A DNA stretch of 63,295 nt, counting the filler. It is 10 parts of 10 records of this genome, joined end to end, with 100 filler letters (N's around TTAATTAATTAA, not from the genome) between each part and the next. Parts side by side here need not be neighbours in the genome. Positions count along the whole stretch, not along the records: positions 60,923 to 63,295 come from SRR11831585_719; 9 more parts are not named here. One strand, 5' to 3'. The position numbers and the translations under genes were made by a program. The notes beneath the pieces are model-generated. The model saw only the letters and a list, made by a program, of their open reading frames with translations. It was not told where the DNA came from and made no database searches. Positions 61,071 to 63,295 of the stretch are shown piece by piece. Each line of letters begins with the position of its first letter. The first letter of the stretch is position 1.

Positions 61071-63100
61071 CATCATCTGGGAACGCGGCGACGACACGGT
61101 CTGCTGCAGGCCATCCTCGAAAAACTCTCTCCTCCTCGCAATGGCCTCATTCCGCAGGATCGTAGACCGTGTCGCAGAACGCCGTGGCTTGGACCGCATG
61201 AGCAGCCGCTCTCGCACACCCTGTACACGCTGTGTATCCCGCCAGTGTGTCGCAAACGCGTTGCCCATGACACTTTTCATGTCCACGCGCGGTTCTGTCC
61301 GCACGCCGTATGTGAATGATGGGTTTTCATGTGAGGGAAGCGGAACAGCACGGGAGCGTGGTGTGCCGACGGATGAGCGTATGAGCAGGGGATTGGTGGC
61401 TCGGAAAACTTGTTCGCGTGGGTCGACCTCGCGTTCGTCAATTTCTTCATCGTATGACTGAAAAGCACGCAATCAGACGAAAAAACATCAACAACACAAC
61501 AACCACAACCACAACACAACACCAATAACACCAACAACAACAAAGAACGCAACATGAAAAGCATCAACAAGGCAACATCGGCTGCGGAGAGAGTGCAGAG
61601 AAATGAGCGTACTGCGAATTTTGTGTGTGAGAAGAGACGTACTCTAGGGGAGACGGTCCGTTCTGGCGTGGGTGCAGCAGGACTCCGTGGAATGCGCAAA
61701 CTGTCATTGAGCATGTACTCCCCATTGTAGAACAACATTCGATCCGCGACCGTCTACATGATTCGCATCCCACACAAACACATATACGCATGAGTATTTC
61801 GCCTCGGCCAAACATATGAGCATGTAGACACATTGCCGTACGTGCTGGCACATATACAGACACAAAGATAGACGCAGAGAGAAACATACCTCTTTCCGTG
61901 TGGGCGGCGTGGTCCATCCCAGAATATCACCCGCGTCACGGGCCCGTGGATGCGTTATCAGGTGCGGAATCAGCGTTCCCGACGGTTTGAAGAGCGTGGA
62001 GACAAACTTTCGATAGTCCACCACGTTGTTGTTGTTGTTCCCGAGATCGGAGGCTTGAACTGCACGCTCGACCACCAACTTCGTTTCGGCTGAGGTCAGA
62101 CCGAGGTTCATTCGTTGAAGTGCTTGTGTGAAATCACTCACACCCAACAATCCCGTCTGCAACCACAGCTGGTGAGAATTCCACAACACAACAGATAAGG
62201 AGAGGCCTCGCTCGGCTTGTCAAACATCACATCCAACAACATCGTCGTCGAACGCACATGAACCGCTCAGCACACACAACCACTCTCGCAACATACATCT
62301 GCCGCGTCAAACGACCGAAACGCAGCCACCATCTTATCGTATTTGTCCACCACCACCGCCGCAGACTGCTGTCGCCCCACACGGATATCGTCCATGATAG
62401 CATAGGGTGCGGCAATAGCGGACCGGCCCAGCGGTCGTCCCGAGTCCAAAAGACCCTCCTGCAGGTAGCAAAAGCAGTCAGTACAATGAGGGAGGACGGG
62501 ACAAGGAGCGATTTTGTGTATACACACACACCAGTCGATGCGCGCGTGCATGACGGAGGTTAACGGGAAGCCATCCATCACACAGACGCATTGCTCATAA
62601 GATTCACGTGGTTGCGTACCTTCTCCACCTTGGCGGCCAACGTGGTGAGAAACCGCTCATACTCAACCAAGTTCTCATCGGTGCAGTCATCCAACAAAGT
62701 GGCTACATCACGGTCTCGCACATCAACCTCATGCACAGCTAGTCTCCGCTCAAATTCAGCACGCGGCATGCACCGTGTACGCCGCTTATCCGCTGCTCGA
62801 CATTCGCGCAACATCCGATAGTATTTCATATCGCGCTGCTCGTCGATTCCGCTGCGGATTGTTTGGAGAACGGGGTCGCCCGGCTATGGCAGATGTACAT
62901 GAGAACCACTTACTAACACTCACTCACAAGAGAAAGAACTCTGCTGCGCAACATCCACTCACACACACACTGTTTGGTATGCGTACAAGTCATCGAATAC
63001 GAAACAAGGAACTTGAAAACACACGTACCATCACTGGGGACTTAAACTGGGCAGACTCCGGCCGCGGTTGCTTTGGTTTTGGTTTTACATCGCTGAACAT
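61071..63100 (-). CDS. Multi-EF-hand protein with C-terminal CFAP77-like region, spliced
   Basis: Exons MFSDVK..PVM|PGDPVL..ADKRRTRCMPRAEF..VEYERFL; AFRSFDAAD|TGLLGVSDF..MNLGLT..VDYRKF..RKE|TVADR..VSPR|SYDEE..NPLL..VG.PR..LP..FTYG. Confidence 0.7.
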
Positions 63101-63295
63101 GATGCAGTCGTGCAGAATAACATACTTTCGCTTCTGTTCTCACCAGGCAGTGTCAGATGTTAAATCACCGTTACTTATGGTTATATATTACACGGGACCA
63201 TACGAGAACAAAAACACCACACGGTATACACTCAGATGCCGAGCCACCCGCAGCTGTATCTGTCGTACGTGTATATACACACATAAGGTACATGA

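Overview
This window is not one chromosome segment. It is a concatenation of 10 contigs joined by nine identical 100-bp linkers (N44-TTAATTAATTAA-N44, stops in all six frames). Four contigs (11499-22222, 22323-35444, 35545-42609, 50312-58092) are Escherichia coli K-12-like DNA from four distant loci: nadR-deoA, sstT-uxaAC-exuTR-yqj, modBC-pgl-ybhDHI and yadN-folK-pcnB-dksA-hrpB. They are probably food or cloning-host contamination, and I see no new system in them. The other six contigs come from an unidentified intron-rich microbial eukaryote with the standard code, GT-AG introns and TG-rich intron sense strands; it is probably flagellated. Splicing by eye gives: a ~20-exon ferlin, a near-intronless GBP/atlastin-family GTPase, an ALA2-type P4-ATPase, Cdc6, a membrane patatin-like lipase, an SPX-less EXS protein, a Cys-rich multi-TM protein, a protein with tandem EEGEL/EDGEL motifs, an intronless AlkB, a metacaspase terminal exon and an EF-hand/CFAP77-like fusion. 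The best novelty candidates are the GBP-like gene, the EF-hand/CFAP77-like fusion, the membrane patatin and the AlkB. All family calls come from motif recognition from memory, with no database search. Eukaryotic exon coordinates are approximate.
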